A DNA stretch of 64,000 nt from Rhynchobatus australiae (GCA_034780895.1 JAUZTB010000127.1:19052769-19116768); one strand, 5' to 3'; numbered from the stretch's first letter, positions 25,166-38,870 are shown. Notes: generated by a model from the sequence alone, not told the origin. Numbers and translations are program-made.

Positions 25166-26244
25166 TATCCAAACTCAATCTGGATTGGAGGGTTTATCAA
25201 GAGAGTAGATAAGATGGATGATAGTTCTAGGATGGTATCTTGTTTCTTGAGCATTGTCGCAATTAAGTCTTTCAGAAGATCATTAAGTGTCCCTTCATGT
25301 CATGCTTGATTTTGCTAGAGTTTTACTAGGTTCACGATTGAGCCTTACTTGGGAGCAGACCCAGAAATATTAGTATTTGCTGATCTCTGGCACTGCAGGT
25401 TAAAGGCTCAAGCTGGGAACATGCTGGTTACACAGTACTGAGTATTTGCGTGTGGCATTGGATGATGAGGTTGGGGGATTGGGGTTCCACTGGACTGAAC
25501 CCTGCATTTCCATTGGAAACTGTGGTTCAAGAGTCCTACTAATTTTCATAAATTATTGGAGATGCTGTTCAAACCTGGACAGTGAACAAGGTGACCAGTG
25601 AGGGTTAGTATTAATACCACTCAATAGGTAAAAGAGATGTGGTTTAAAATTTAAAAATCCACCATGATTCCAGTTTACTTGGCCAACTCGCCACCCCACC
25701 ATGTAATCATGTGTTCTGTCCTGTAATCTCTCCCTTCCTTCTGACTGCAGAAGTCCTCAATACAATCCCAGTATTTCCCCACTGGCAGGAACTGTGCCCA
25801 ACAACTTCTGGCTGTGGCCTCATGCTGCCCAGCCAGGAGCTGTTGGGCAACTTTTACTGCCCAGCAGCCAGGCTGCCTGGCTCTCTGGCCAACATTGGCT
25901 GAGAAATGGAATGCTGTAGAAATGGATCTTAAGATCCTGCTGTGAAATTTGGCAGGGGCTCCAGGTCCCTGGGACATACGGGTTCTACTTTCCCTAGCAC
26001 CCTCACTTTCTGCATTGGGGCAAGGGTGTCATTTGGCTGCTCCACAGTAAAAGGCATCAAAGCAGAAACAGTGCATCCATGCATTTTCCAGCCCAGGCCA
26101 CTGGGTTATATTTTATCTCCAATCAAAGGCACTAATCCAAAGTTGTGAAATTGAACACTTACTCTGGTTACCAATCAATGATCAATTAATGATTTTGTTT
26201 TGCCTTTGCTGACATTCCGTTTGTAATTGGTGCTTTCCTGTAAA

Positions 26245-26570
26245 TGGGAAGTTAGTAGATGCTTGGAATACTGCCAGGGCAGGAAGTCAAAGTAGATACA
26301 ATAGCAACATTAAAGAGGTGTTTAGACAGACACCTGAACAGGCAGGGAATAGAGGGATACAGACCAGGTCCAGGCAGATGGGATTAGTTCAGATTGGCAT
26401 CATGTTCGTGTGGACGTGGCTATAGAGTGAAACTGCTCGGAAACAGGCCTTTCAGCCCAAGTCATCCATGCTGATCAAGATGCCCATCTAAGCTAGTTCC
26501 ATTTGGCCGATTTCTCTCATGGTGGGCCGAAGGGCCTGTTCCTGTGTTGTACTGTTTGATGTTCCATGTC
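26245..26570 (+). mobile_element. CR1 3' end with a nested inverted CR1 tail
   Basis: Ends ATGGTGGGCCGAAGGGCCTGTTCCTGTGTTGTACTGTT; about 26420-26518 is an opposite-orientation tail (GGAAACAGGCCTTTCAGCCCA). Confidence 0.75.
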
Positions 26571-28992
26571 CTACACTCACAGAAAACGGTGTCCCTGATC
26601 ACCTGCTTCTTAACCAGAGCTAACAGCCGTACCATCAGATTGTTCTCTGAGTAATAAGTAAAGGATTATCATTGTGGACAATAGAGGAGGAAGCTGGAAT
26701 TATTGTTCTGCTGTGTTTAGTTAGTTTATGCAAGGTTTACATGTCCAGATATTTTAGCATTATTTAAGTCAGAATTAGGAGATCATTTGTCTGTATAGAG
26801 ATTTTCCCTCCAGCCAGCTCAGTGTGTAATCTGCCTTGTACTTTCCCATGATAATTGCTGCCCTCTGTACTCTAGATAAGCTGCTGCATTAGCTTTGCCT
26901 TGTGTCAACTGAGGCTGATGCAATGCTCTCTCAGCCTTCTATGTCATCGGGGCCACAGTTGAAATAGTTGATCAGGTGGTAGCTTTCAACAAGATTGACT
27001 GCACATTCAGTGCTGAATTTAAAAAAAACTGTTTCTAAATCTCAATACAATCATTGAAAGACAAAAGATTTAGTAGTCAATGATCTTAGACTAGAATATT
27101 TTGAAATAACTTTTCACTTATGTTATTGTTTGTACTTTTGGCATTTGAATGGATGAGTTTCACCATTGTGCCCTTGTCTGTTTGTCAGTTGTTGTACTAA
27201 ATTCTTATCCTATTTGCCATTAAAATGTAAGGGCAATTCATTCACTAATAAAGTAGTAATTATAATTCATTCAAGTGTAGCCCACACATAGTAATTTATG
27301 GAGAACTTCACAGAGGGATCCCTTTGCAAAACACCACTACATTCTGAGAGTTGAATTGAATATTTCACTGAAAATTTTGTCTTTTGATGTTTGTTCTGGA
27401 GATATCCACTACTGAATAAAATTGTTTCTATAAGTCCAGTTAAGTTTCAAAAATATTCTTGCAAATCATATGTTGATCATATATTCCAGTTGTGAGCTGT
27501 TAAAGTACTGTGGAAGGTTGAGGGAATATTCTGTCTGGCCCAGTTTCCAACAGCAAAGCTAAAGCAGCAGCCTGCCTATGGTATAAAGGGCAATGATTAA
27601 AGTATGTAATGTAGCAAATTACAGATAAACATTCATATACAAACAAATGATCTCTTCGGGCTGAAATAGATTTTTGGTCAATAGTGGAGTCTGAGGTTAT
27701 GCTGAGCAATAAGGAAAGTGAAGTTGAGGCCAAGATCAGATAGGTCATCCAATGCTGATGGAGCAGAATCAGCAGCTGTATGGGTGACCTCTGCTCCTAT
27801 GTATGTTCCTCATGCTGAACTACATCCGACTCCTCAGCAGAATATTCGGATTAGCATGGCAATTTATCTTTTTGTGCTTCAAACAACACTCCCTTTCATC
27901 AGTAAGGGAGAAGAAGCAAAAATATATCAATTTTATAAGAGGCTTGTATAATTGATGCAATGATCTGATTCAAAACCATTGGATATACTATATAGTTTTA
28001 GACAAATGGACAAGGAAAATGTGCAGGACAATTCTGGATAAAGCAGATGGCCCTATGTAATGAATTTTTTTTGCTACTTTCTTAAACTGAGTTATTTTTA
28101 TGAAACTTTTTGAAGCAACTTTCTTGTTGAAATGGAACTTGGAGTACTATTCATATGACTAACATGGGTTACCAATATGTTGGATAAAGTAGAATCTGTT
28201 ACAGTGCATGGTTGACTGTAGGCATTCAACTGAACAATGTGTTGAGTGATTGATTGAGTTGTTGTGCTGGACTGGAAGGCTAAGATTAGGACTACCATTT
28301 GAAGTCCTCATAGATTCAAGCTTTGCGTCCCTTAATATAACTAATTATTTTCTCCTTGACGCACTTCAACGTTGCTGGCATCTGGAAGTAGTAGCACAGG
28401 GCCTCCATCTTGATCTCAATTTTTAAAAAAAATTCTTGTATTCTCTTAGGCCAATATAGGCATCAGGTGATGCTTACATGGCTCTGGTGATTTAAACTTT
28501 GTTCTCAATTGATCTGGAAAAGTGCTAATGAAGATTAGATTGCTGTTAATTGGTCAGATTCTAATTCTAATTTCAACTATTAACTGTCACTAAGGAAAAT
28601 TAGGCTCTGCAGATAATATTTTTGCTTTCAGAGCAATTGACCTTTTAATGTATTTAGCTTGGAATATTGTGTCTGAAGAGTGGATGCTGTTCTTGTAATT
28701 CAGAGGAATTTGAGTTTGTGTAAAGTACAATGACATTCAATGACAGTGACAAAGATTCAGTGACAATGCAATTAACACTTGGTATCAGGATACATTCATG
28801 CATTTTGCACCATTACATTCTGACCAACTTTAACATAATTATTAAATTCTGTAACTATATTCTCAGCAAAAGAAAATATTTGTATTGTACTTTCTTTTAA
28901 CTGACTACACATGGAGTTGGGAAGATTGAAAAGTTTTGTTGAGATGTTCAAAATCGTTGAAAAGCTTTGATTATAGTAAATAAAATAAGATA

Positions 28993-29278
28993 TCTTTAAT
29001 CGTCTCATGTACATTGAAACACACAGTAAAATGCATTTTTGCGTAGAGTATTCTGGGGGCAGCCCCGCAAGTATCTCCATGCTTCCGGCGCCAACATAGC
29101 ATGCCCACAACTTCCTAAACTGTACATCTTTGGAATGTGGGAGGAAACCAGAGCACCCGGAGGAAACTCATGCAGACACTGGGAAAACGTACAAACCCTT
29201 TACAGACAGAAGCTGGAACTGAACTTGGGTCACTGGCGCTGTAAAGCGTTATGCTAACCTCTATGCTACCGTGCTGTC
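28993..29278 (-). mobile_element. V-SINE (tRNA head, V domain, Rex-like tail)
   Basis: CTTTGGAATGTGGGAGGAAACCAGAGCACCCGGAGGAAAC is the reverse complement of the V-SINE core. Confidence 0.8.
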
Positions 29279-29402
29279 ATTTTAAGGTTGAATTGTGTGA
29301 GAAGACATTTATCATCTACACACTGAGTTTTTATCTGGAATTCACTGCTGGTGGCAGCAGATTCAACAGTAACTTCCAAAAGAAAGTTTCATACTTCATT
29401 AC

Positions 29403-29695
29403 AACATAGAAGGAGTTTATTTCAGCTGATCAAATGTATGCCAGCTCAGAGAGCAAACCCATTCCTCTGTAACCGATTCTCCTCACATCCCCATCAACTC
29501 CTTCCAGGTTCTACCATTCACCTACACTTGAGGGGCAATTTGCAGTGGCCAACTTAACAGATCAATTTGCATATCTTTTGGGTTATGGAAGGAAATTGGA
29601 GCTCCTGGACAAAACCCACGGAATCAGAATGTGCAAACACCACACAGACAGCATTACATCTAGGTCACTAGAACTGAGAAGTGGCACAGCTAATA
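29403..29695 (-). mobile_element. HE1-like V-SINE, decayed
   Basis: GGGGCAATTTGCAGTGGCCAA...GGAAGGAAATTGGAGCTCC...GTGCAAACACCACACAGACAGCA. Confidence 0.7.
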
Positions 29696-31499
29696 CAAGT
29701 GTTATTGTATAAGTTTTTGAAGGGTAGATGTTAACAGGTCAGGGAAATGGACTAATGGAAAAACTATAACAAAAACAAGCAAAGGTTTAATAAGATGACT
29801 ACTCTTCTGTTTTGCATCATTCAATATACAGTGAAAAATCCAAAAAGAGCAAAAAGATTTGTAGTTTTTCACCTGTAAGATCAATGACCTAATGACAAGA
29901 GAATTGGTTCCCTTGGTATTTTGGGGTTTAGTGTTGGTTTTTTTTGATCTCTGATGCCTGTGGTTCACTACATGAACACAGTGTCCAGCTGTGTCTTGTA
30001 GCTTCAATATCTGCTTTCAAATCGCAAATAGTGAAGTTGGTGAAAAGGTTAGGTGAGGACTTTCGTAAGTGTACATCTGCCAATATAACCCTTAATTCCT
30101 TGAGAATGTTGATATCATGTTTTACTCCTAAAAGCTTTAAGATATTGAACTTTAGTAAATGTCCAAGAGCTGAATTAATAATTGAATGACCACATGTCAG
30201 ATTTTGCTGTCAAATAATTTCCTCTTGACTTGTTTATGTTGCCAATGGCGAGTCTGGTTGCATGTTCTGACCTTTAATTGATAACATCCGGTGAACTTTC
30301 ATAGGAAATTGGTTCGTGACCTGTTTCTGGTACATTATAAGCAGCTAGTGGCTTGTTCAAATGTTCCTCACAAACCGTTGGGCAAATTTGTACTTCACTG
30401 ATGTGTGTCTAACTTCATTCCTAATCCAAACATAATCTGGTTACACCCACTGAATTTCCAGGAGATTCTTTGCAAATGTTTGTGTTACAGTTATATAATA
30501 TTATTTTGTTAGTTTTTTTGAGGTGGAACTTTTCTTCTGTCTACTGCAAGGTATTCACCTTGAATTTCTCATTATCTTTCTACCCATGAACAATAATTTG
30601 AGGATTATCAGTCCCATAATATCTGCTGTTATCATGTAGTTGTACTCATCCACAGTTATAAGACATGAGTAATCCTGCTGGATATGCATTAGTTTGTTTT
30701 CTTTGACGTATATCAACTTGCAGGACTCGTTCACAATATGAACCACACTGTTTTCCCTTTTGGTTGCAAAAGCCCGTAGGTTTATTGGAAATTTAGAAAA
30801 TGGAGCCTTAAAATTAGAACTTTGCCATTAGAGAGTACTTCAAGCAAAAAGCAGTGAAAATCTGGGATATCCCCATTCACCAACAAAAAAAAAATCTGTT
30901 GCTTCTCGGTCAACTGATTTCAAAAACAGATTGCTAGTTGGGTGGATGGAGTAAGATACAAAGGAGTCATGATTAATAATGGAATGATGAATCATGCATG
31001 AGGAATTAACTTGCTCCCATTCCTGTACCTCCTGAGATATGTAATTGTGCTGAAGGAATTGTAAACTATTATTCTAATGCTTTACACATTATTTTCAATA
31101 CATTTTTAAGGCAATAGTTAATCTAATAATAAATTCCACTGAGGAAATGAATTACCTGATTGGGAGGGTTTCACATCTTGATCCCTTGTTGAGTTTTCCT
31201 ACCTGGATATGAATTCTGCATTTCAGCAAAAGAGGGTTGATTGTGAATCTTACTACGCTGTTTCTTTGTCCGACTGGACCAAGGCTGAATGTGTAGAATG
31301 CCAGCTTGAGTGAAATACAGGAGTGTTGCTGGAAGCATACTCATTCATTATTGCTTAACAAAGTGGGAGGAAGGCAACAGGGATTGGAAAAGTAAGGGCA
31401 TGACGGTTTTTGTATGTAAATCTTTCCATAGCTGTTAATAACTATTCCACAATTCATTAAAGTAGACTTGCTTATATCTTGGATCTTTCACTGCTTCGG

Positions 31500-31790
31500 A
31501 CAAAACATCCAAAAGGCCCACTTCTTGTGGTGTACTGCAAAAATTACAGCAGCCAATTTATGTGCAGGAAGGTCTGTCAAACAACAATGTAATAATGATC
31601 AGATTATCTGACTTGGTGGACGTTGGTTGAGGAATAAATATTGTCTTAGGGCAGCAGGGAGAGTGTACCTTTGAAATGGTGCCATGGATTTCTCTTGCAT
31701 GAAGAATATTTACAGCTTTATTTTTTCACCTAGATATGACCTGTCTGTACTACTCAGCAATGCTTTGCCTAAGCTTGGTGTCAAGGTGAC
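31500..31790 (-). mobile_element. Deu-domain SINE fragment (SacSINE1/AmnSINE1-like)
   Basis: GCAGCCAATTTATGTGCAG...CAATGTAATAATGATCAGATTATCTG...GTTGAGGAATAAATATTG is the reverse complement of the Deu core/tail. Confidence 0.7.
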
Positions 31791-32494
31791 AATTAATTAA
31801 ACAGTGGACTGCAGGAAAATGATTCCTTTCCATTCTTGTATAACAAAATTGTAAAGATCAGCCTTATGTTTTATCCTGTGAGTCAGACTCAACAAAAGGT
31901 AATAAATTCGAACCACATCCGGAGATGTAGACTCATACTTAATCCCCATTGGTTAAGCACCTTGCTATGAAAGCCTGTCAGAGAATCTTTAAGCCTTTGT
32001 CCTTTTGGTGTGGTGTGTTTGATACTTAAAATGCTACTAATTGCAGAGATGAAAATAACTTCAATGGTCAGACCAATACTCTGCAAGAATCTCCAGTGTT
32101 ATGTAGAAATCCTTTTATTTATAATTTGTGACTAAGTTTGCAGCACTGCTTCCATTATTCTGCTCTAACAAAAGTATTTGAAACAAGTCTGACATTCAGT
32201 CTCCTTGAATGACACGTGTAATTTAGGATCAAATTGCATACCTTTAATCTGTGACCTCACAACCACTAGAATTAGTTGGGAATAACCTAGAACTGGAAGA
32301 GCCCAACAAAAAGAAAAAAAAACTTCAACCAGCAAAGTGTATGAGTGAGATAAACCGGCCATGACTGGCTGATTGTGAAGGAGGAAATAAATGAAGTTGA
32401 TATTCATGGGGTAAACAAAGCAGCAGGCGGGGTTATGAATGGAAGCTTAAAACTCAGCATCTTCACAGCACTGTCACTGAACACCAAGGTTCCC

Positions 32495-32670
32495 AACAAA
32501 CAATCTGCTGGAGGAACTCGGTGGGAGAAACGGAATTGTCAACGTTTCGGTTTCGATGCAGGGTATTGACCTGAAACGTCGACTGTTCCTTTCCTCCCGC
32601 AGATGCTGCTTGACCTGCTCAGTTCTTCCAGCAGATTGTTTGTTGCTCCACATTCCAGCATCTGCAGTCA
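32495..32670. mobile_element. Penelope-like inverted terminal pair flanked by a 16-bp direct repeat
   Basis: CAACAAACAATCTGCTGGAGGAACT ... AGTTCTTCCAGCAGATTGTTTGTTG; flanks CACCAAGGTTCCCAAC (32482-32497) and CACCAAGGCTCCCAAC (32669-32684). Confidence 0.8.
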
Positions 32671-33680
32671 CCAAGGCTCCCAACTCAGGCAAACAAGACC
32701 CCTGCTCCACCAAAGCCCAGCTATGACACTGCACTGCTATAATTTCCTTCAGCACAACAAAACACATCACCTTCTCCAGTCCCGAGTGCTACATACTTTC
32801 AATTATCCAAGTGTTGATGTATATACAATAGGTAAAGGAATATTCAGAAAACAAAGGTCATCAGTTATTGTTATCACAGAATAAATAACATTCATAGAAA
32901 TCAAAATCCAAAGCACCCATAAACAATCCACAGAGCCGCATAATAAAAGCTGAATTGCACTTAGTCACTGTAAATAAATGACTCTGAAGAAGCAATCTAT
33001 ACTATCGTTTGTCGTAAAACATGATTTGCACTGAATGCTACCACAGCAACACAGCTGGTAATACATTAAACACCATGCATTTCATGGGAGATTTTTATTT
33101 TTTGATCATAAACTCAGTTCTTTTCAAAGAGTAAAGGGAAAGTTTGTCTGAGCATGTCAGTATTTAGGTTGATATATTTTTGAAAATAATTTAAATACAA
33201 ATTGCACAGCAGACTTAACAAACATTTCAGTGAAATCTTTAAATAAAAGTAATTTAACTTTATGAATCATGCCAAGTTGTCCAACTGTTTTCTTTTAATT
33301 ATTGTTTATGTACTTAAAATCTAGAAGGCAAATTTTAGCAGCTCGGTGTATGCACCTGCTTTTATTGCTGCAATGAATGTGTGAAATTTTATTCATTGAC
33401 TGTTGACTAGAAATACCTAGAAGTTACAGAATGTAGTGTGTTGTATTTTAACTTGGTCATGTAATCCATTTCATTATTGTTGAGTTTTCAATTAAAGGAA
33501 ACTTGGACTGTTATTTCAGGAGAATAATGTGGCAGAATGTTCAGACACCTGGGAGCACATTTTTTTTCTGCATATTAACCAGCTGTTGTTGAAACTGCTC
33601 AATTTACATTAAATAAGAATTTAATTGAATTGAAAAGTGGGTCCCATACTCGTGGACAGGAACAAAGTTTGTTCCTCTAT

Positions 33681-34476
33681 CAGAATCAAGTTTATTATCA
33701 CTGACCTATATGACATGAAATTTGTTGTTTTGCGGCAGCAGTACAATGCAGAGATAAAATTAGTGTTCATGGGTTCATGGACCATTCAGAAATCTGATGG
33801 CAAGGGGAAGAAGCTGTTCCTGAATTGTTGAGGGTACAGTGAAAAACTTGTCTTGCATACCATTCATACAGGTCAATTCATTATGCAGTGCATCTCGAGT
33901 TAGTACAGGGTAAAACAATAACAGAACGCAGACTAAAGTGTAACAGTTACAGGCAGACAATAAGGTGCAAGGTCATAATGAGGTAGATTGTGAGGTTAAG
34001 AATCCATCTTATCATATAGGTGACCATTCAATAGTCTTATAACAGCAGGGATAGAAGCCGTCCTTGAGTCTGGTGCTACATGCTTTCAGGATTTTGTATC
34101 TTCTGCCCGATGGGAGGGAAGAAGAGAGAATGTCCGGGGTGAGAGGGGTCTTTGATTATGCTGGCTGTTTTACCAAGGCACGTCCTGGATGGTGACATTC
34201 TTCACCATCCTTCTTCGTGCCTCCTTCATAACTGCATCAATGTGTTGGGCCCAGGATAGATCCTCCAAGATGTTCATGCCCAGGAACTTGAAGCTGCTTG
34301 CCCTTTCCATTGCTGACCCCTCAATGAGGACTGATGTGTGCTCTCCCGACTTCCCCTTCCTGAAGTCCACAATTAATTCCTTGGCCTTGCTGATGTTGAG
34401 TACGAGGTTGTTGTTGTGACACCACTCAAGCAGCCAAACTATTTCACTCCTGTATGCCTCCTCGTTACCATCTGAG
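33681..34476 (-). mobile_element. Composite Rex1/Babar fragments (two subfamilies)
   Basis: ORF 34170-34370 DFRKGKSGEH...ERASSFKFLGMNILEDLSWAQHID. The tail of the 41600-type is interrupted at ~33832 by the 62880-type tail. Confidence 0.85.
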
Positions 34477-34939
34477 AACTTTGTCAGGAGTTGTACTTAT
34501 GGCTGTGAGTTTATTTACTGATCTGGAGAAGCACAAATGTGGAGAGTAAAACAACATGTACTTATCCAGCACCTCTGACATAGCAAAACATCCCAACGTG
34601 CTCCACAGGACACTTACCAAAACAAATTTAACACTCAGCCATGTCGAGAGATTTTGGGCAGGACGTCAAAAATCTGATAGGTTGAAGAAGCATCTTTTAG
34701 GAGGAAAGAGAAGCAGAGAGAGTTGAGGAGAGAGTGTGGACCACAGCTCATCTCAAGGTCAAATGACAGAGATCAAGGTTGCAAACAGTCTGGTTCTGGT
34801 TCAGACATATATCAGGGAAAGGAATGAAATCAGTGGCTAGGGATTGGATTATGAAATGTTTCATATATTTTGTTGTAAATACTTGTGCAAAATAGTACAC
34901 TTTCTACAACCATATCGTAAAATAACCAGTGTCAGAATC

Positions 34940-35133
34940 GAGAGATTCTGCAGATGCTGGAATCTGGAGCAACTCACACAAAATGCCAGAGGAACTCAGC
35001 AGGTCAGGCAGCATCCGTGGAGGGAAATAAACAGTCGATGTTTCGGGTTGAGACCCTTCATCAGGACTGGAAAGGAAGGGGGCAGAAGCCAGAATAGGAA
35101 GGTGGGGGAAGGGGGAGGAGCACAGGCTGGCAG
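34940..35133 (-). mobile_element. Penelope-like terminus (best preserved copy), truncated by gap
   Basis: CTGCAGATGCTGGAATCTGGAGCAA...GGAACTCAGCAGGTCAGGCAGCATCCGTGG...hammerhead...purine-rich UTR. Confidence 0.8.
35032..35069 (-). ncRNA. Minimal type-I hammerhead ribozyme motif in a Penelope-like terminus
   Basis: Minus strand reads CAGTC-CTGATGA-A-GGGT(CTCA)ACCC-GAAA-C-ATC-GACTG: 5-bp stem I, CUGAUGA core, 4-bp stem II, GAAA and NUH site. Stem III palindrome ACGT is mutated to ACAT. Activity not shown. Confidence 0.7.
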
Positions 35134-38100
35134 NNNNNNNNNNNNNNNNNNNNNNNNNNNNNNNNNNNNNNNNNNNNNNNNNNNNNNNNNNNNNNNNNNN
35201 NNNNNNNNNNNNNNNNNNNNNNNNNNNNNNNNNGGAGGGTTCTGTTGCATTGTCCACAAAAGCTTGGAAGAAAAAAATCTTACACTTTTTAAACTGTGAT
35301 TATATATGGGATTAATTTCACCCTTTGATTTACATTACAGTATTTAAATCATTACCAGCTGTCTGTTATTGTAATCTTCGTATGTAATTCAAATCAAAGG
35401 AATGGAAGGAAAAAGTAACACAGCTCTAGAAGCAATCATTTTCCAATCTTTGTGCCACAGTGTTTTCAACCAAAAAGGTGGCCTCAAATAAAGCAACAAG
35501 TATGGCAGAATGACAGGCCAATGCTTACTATTGATCCAGTTCCTGCTTACAGGATTGTACAGCACAACCTGGCTTGTTGAAATAGCTTTCCAGGTAGTCC
35601 CACTCCATTGGCCTTTCCATAAAACCCTGCCACATTTTCCCTTTTCAAGATCAAGTTTAAAGGTTTCCCTTGTGACACTGTATATGTGCAGCTTTTATTC
35701 AGTGGAGGTGAATTTCTGCATCATGTTAGATTTAGCACTATATGTTTAATCTTCTGTGTTTTTACTACTTGGATACATTTTCTTTTAGCTTAAAAATTTT
35801 ACCTGGCTATGGTCAAAGTCATTAAACTGGAGTAATCTTATTTTTTTTCAATATGTACACTGAAATTCAGAGTTCTGAGTCAGTATTTAGAGAACAGTTT
35901 ATTTAAACTTGGCTATTTGCACAGCTTTGGATTCTGAGATTAGATCTAATTAGTAATTGACTTTCATTAAAAGGAGTATGATGGTGATACTGTACTAACT
36001 TAGTTGGACAGAATTCATACGATATTCATCATGCTGGAAGTATTCTGGAAGCAGTTCACCTGAAATTGTGCAACAGTCCAAATCCTAACATCGAAATGCC
36101 TGAACTTCATCCATAATGAAATAAATAGTGGTGTTTGCTTTTGGAACAAATGCTGAAAAACACCCGCTGGTGTGTGATTGTGGTCATTAGTATTCAGTGC
36201 ACATGGGCTCACCAAGCAGAATCATCTTAATGGACTCTGAATGAGCCCAACTGCCAGTGATTGTTGGATGGAGAGAGGCTGCGAACACTACCCATCATGA
36301 GTTATGACGACGACTGTCTAATGCTGAAGCAGATCAGGGTCAGGAGGCAGCTTAACGCGACATCAATCAAGACCAGTAAGACAGTAGAGACCTGCTGAGC
36401 CAGGATAAAATTCCCAGAGCATGCTAGAAGGGTGGTTGAGTTAAATAACACTTTCAAGATAAAGCTTTGACTAAACTTTTCTCTGCTTTTTTTGATTGTT
36501 GAAAGCAGTGATTTAGTGCATCCTAGCAAATACTTATTTAAGACACAAGGTTTATTCTTGCCTGGATGACCTGCCTGACTACTGTGGCTCAGTTTACTTT
36601 GTTGCTGAAATTGTTTATTTTTGTGAGCCAGTCCTGGCCACTGGTCCTGAAATTCTTCATGGTTTTCCTGCCTTCTACCAATTATACCCACCATTCCACC
36701 CTCCACCCTACTGCAACTCCCCACCCTCTCCATAACTTCTATGGAGGCTCTCAAAACCCCTGTTGAAGCACCATAAACAACAACTCTGCACACAGCACAG
36801 AACTTTTATGATTCCTAATTCCCCTGCTTCTTTCTGTCATGTGTATATTTCCAGTCAGAAGGAAATTTGGCCTGGTGTATTGCTTGGATTTATACTTGTA
36901 TTTTATCAAAGCATTTTATCTATTTTTTCAAATTTCAGATTTCCTTTCATTATAAAGCATTTCCTCACCTTAAAGTATCCTCCAAGTTTCCTAAAGATAA
37001 TTGGTCTACACTGCCAGTTAGTCTCATGTAAATGCTGCCAGGAAGGGGGACCTTATTTTGCCAGCAGTTATTGGCTGAGATATTACGGTTGACTATCAGC
37101 TCTCTAAGTTGGGAAGTGAAACAAATTCAGCACCATTACTATCCAGTTACTGGGAAAAGGTGACCAATTGTTTCCTGCTGAAGTTCATTTGGGGAATAAA
37201 GAAAACTTGGAGGAACGGGGCTTTAAATGTTAATCTCCAGATGTGTTAAAGATTAGGCTGATTTCAGTTTATGATCCTTGCTTATTAAAAGCTTTTGAGT
37301 TGCCTCAAATAGTTCATGAACCAGGAAGGCATGGACGGCAGTCAGTCTCCTTCATTAGATTGTAAATGCATGAGTCTGGGTCTCTTCCCGAGTTGCCCAG
37401 CAATTCTAACTAACTTGCCTTTGATAAACCCAGCAGGACCTCTGGCTACTGAGAGCAGAGTTTTTATAGAAGCTCAGTAACTTTCATGGTTATTTTTAAA
37501 GTACAGACTTGCAGGTTGAATTTCACAATTTCATCTAATGGACTTCGAACTCCTAACTTCTGGATTATTAATTCAGTGCTTCAACCATGAGGTTACCATA
37601 CTTGATTCAGTTTTTCAGTTTCTCCTGCACTCCTGTGTTAATTTTGAAGGTGGCTAAATGTATTTAGTTTAGCTGTTCAGTTGTAAGAGCCAAGCGTCAA
37701 TATAAGGCATTCCTTCCACTGCATTTTCATTCCCTGTCCATAGTTACTCGGCAGTGAGCTTTTTACAAACAGTAGCTCTATGTCTGCAGGCTGTTAGTAT
37801 TTGTATATTCAATGTTAATTGACACGGTTAGGTGCTTTGAGGTTCTATTATATTTAACAAAATTTTGAAAGGAAACCTACGAGTGTGCTCAACTCCTGAT
37901 ACTGTTGGGGATCTGAAAGCTTGGTAATACTTTAAAGCCTTTCGATGTGTAGGAATGATGCTTGACAAGGGCTAATGGTGGGAGAGGTGATTTATTGATC
38001 TATGATTTGCCATGCCGCTGATGGCACTTCTGCTTTGGTGATCCTCACCTGAGGGCGCTACTTAAAAGGCAACCACTCGTACCAACGTAGTCAGAGGTGA

Positions 38101-38255
38101 AACTCCAGCTTGTGAGGGGAGTTGGGAGAAGATGGGTGGAGGGAAGCCTGTTCAGCAGCAATTCCCTCCCCTCCAGAAAACTTGATAGGAAGCAGCATTG
38201 ACTGGTAGAGGCCAAGACAAATGTACTTTATGGACTTTGGGCCTTCTCTGTAATG

Positions 38256-38870
38256 TAAGAATATAAGAAATGGGAGCAAGAATAGACCATTTGCACCCTC
38301 GTGGCTGCTCTGCATTCAATAAGATAATAACTGATCTTTCACCTCAGCGCTTCATTCCCATACCAACCACATGTCCCTTGCTTCCCATTTATGTCTAAAA
38401 CCTATCAATATTTGTCTTGAATGTACTCCATGACTGAGCCTTGGCATCCCTTTTGGATGATGAACTGTAAGGATTCACAATCCTTTCTTATTTCTTCTCA
38501 TCTTAGTCCTAAGTGTCAGCCTCCTATACCTGAGACTGGGACCCTTGATTTTAGACACAAGCCAGGAGTAACATTATCAACCCCATCAAGCCCCATAAGA
38601 ATTCTGTAAGCTTCAATGAGATCACCTCTCACTCCAAACTCGAGAGTACCAGCCTAGACTCCTTAATTCGTCATCTGACAACAAACCCAACATCCCAGGA
38701 ATCAATCTTGTGAAACCATTTTTCCTTCGGTTGGGAGATAAGATCTGTACACAATTTTCCATGTGTGGTTGTATTAGAGCTTTATATAATTAGAGCAAGG
38801 TGTCTGTATTCTTGTTCACAAATCCCTTTGCAATAAAGGCCAATATACTGTTTGCCTTCTTAATGGCTTC
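38256..38870 (-). mobile_element. CR1 LINE fragment
   Basis: Colinear with 1885-2740 (TCTCATCTTAGTCCTAA, TTGCAATAAAGGCCAA). Confidence 0.8.

Noticed and set aside
28993-29278. tRNA-like boxes as tRNA genes
   Set aside because: They are SINE heads joined to V or Deu cores; no full cloverleaf.
30190-30340. Candidate conserved non-coding element in TE-free intron sequence
   Set aside because: Conservation cannot be judged without an alignment.
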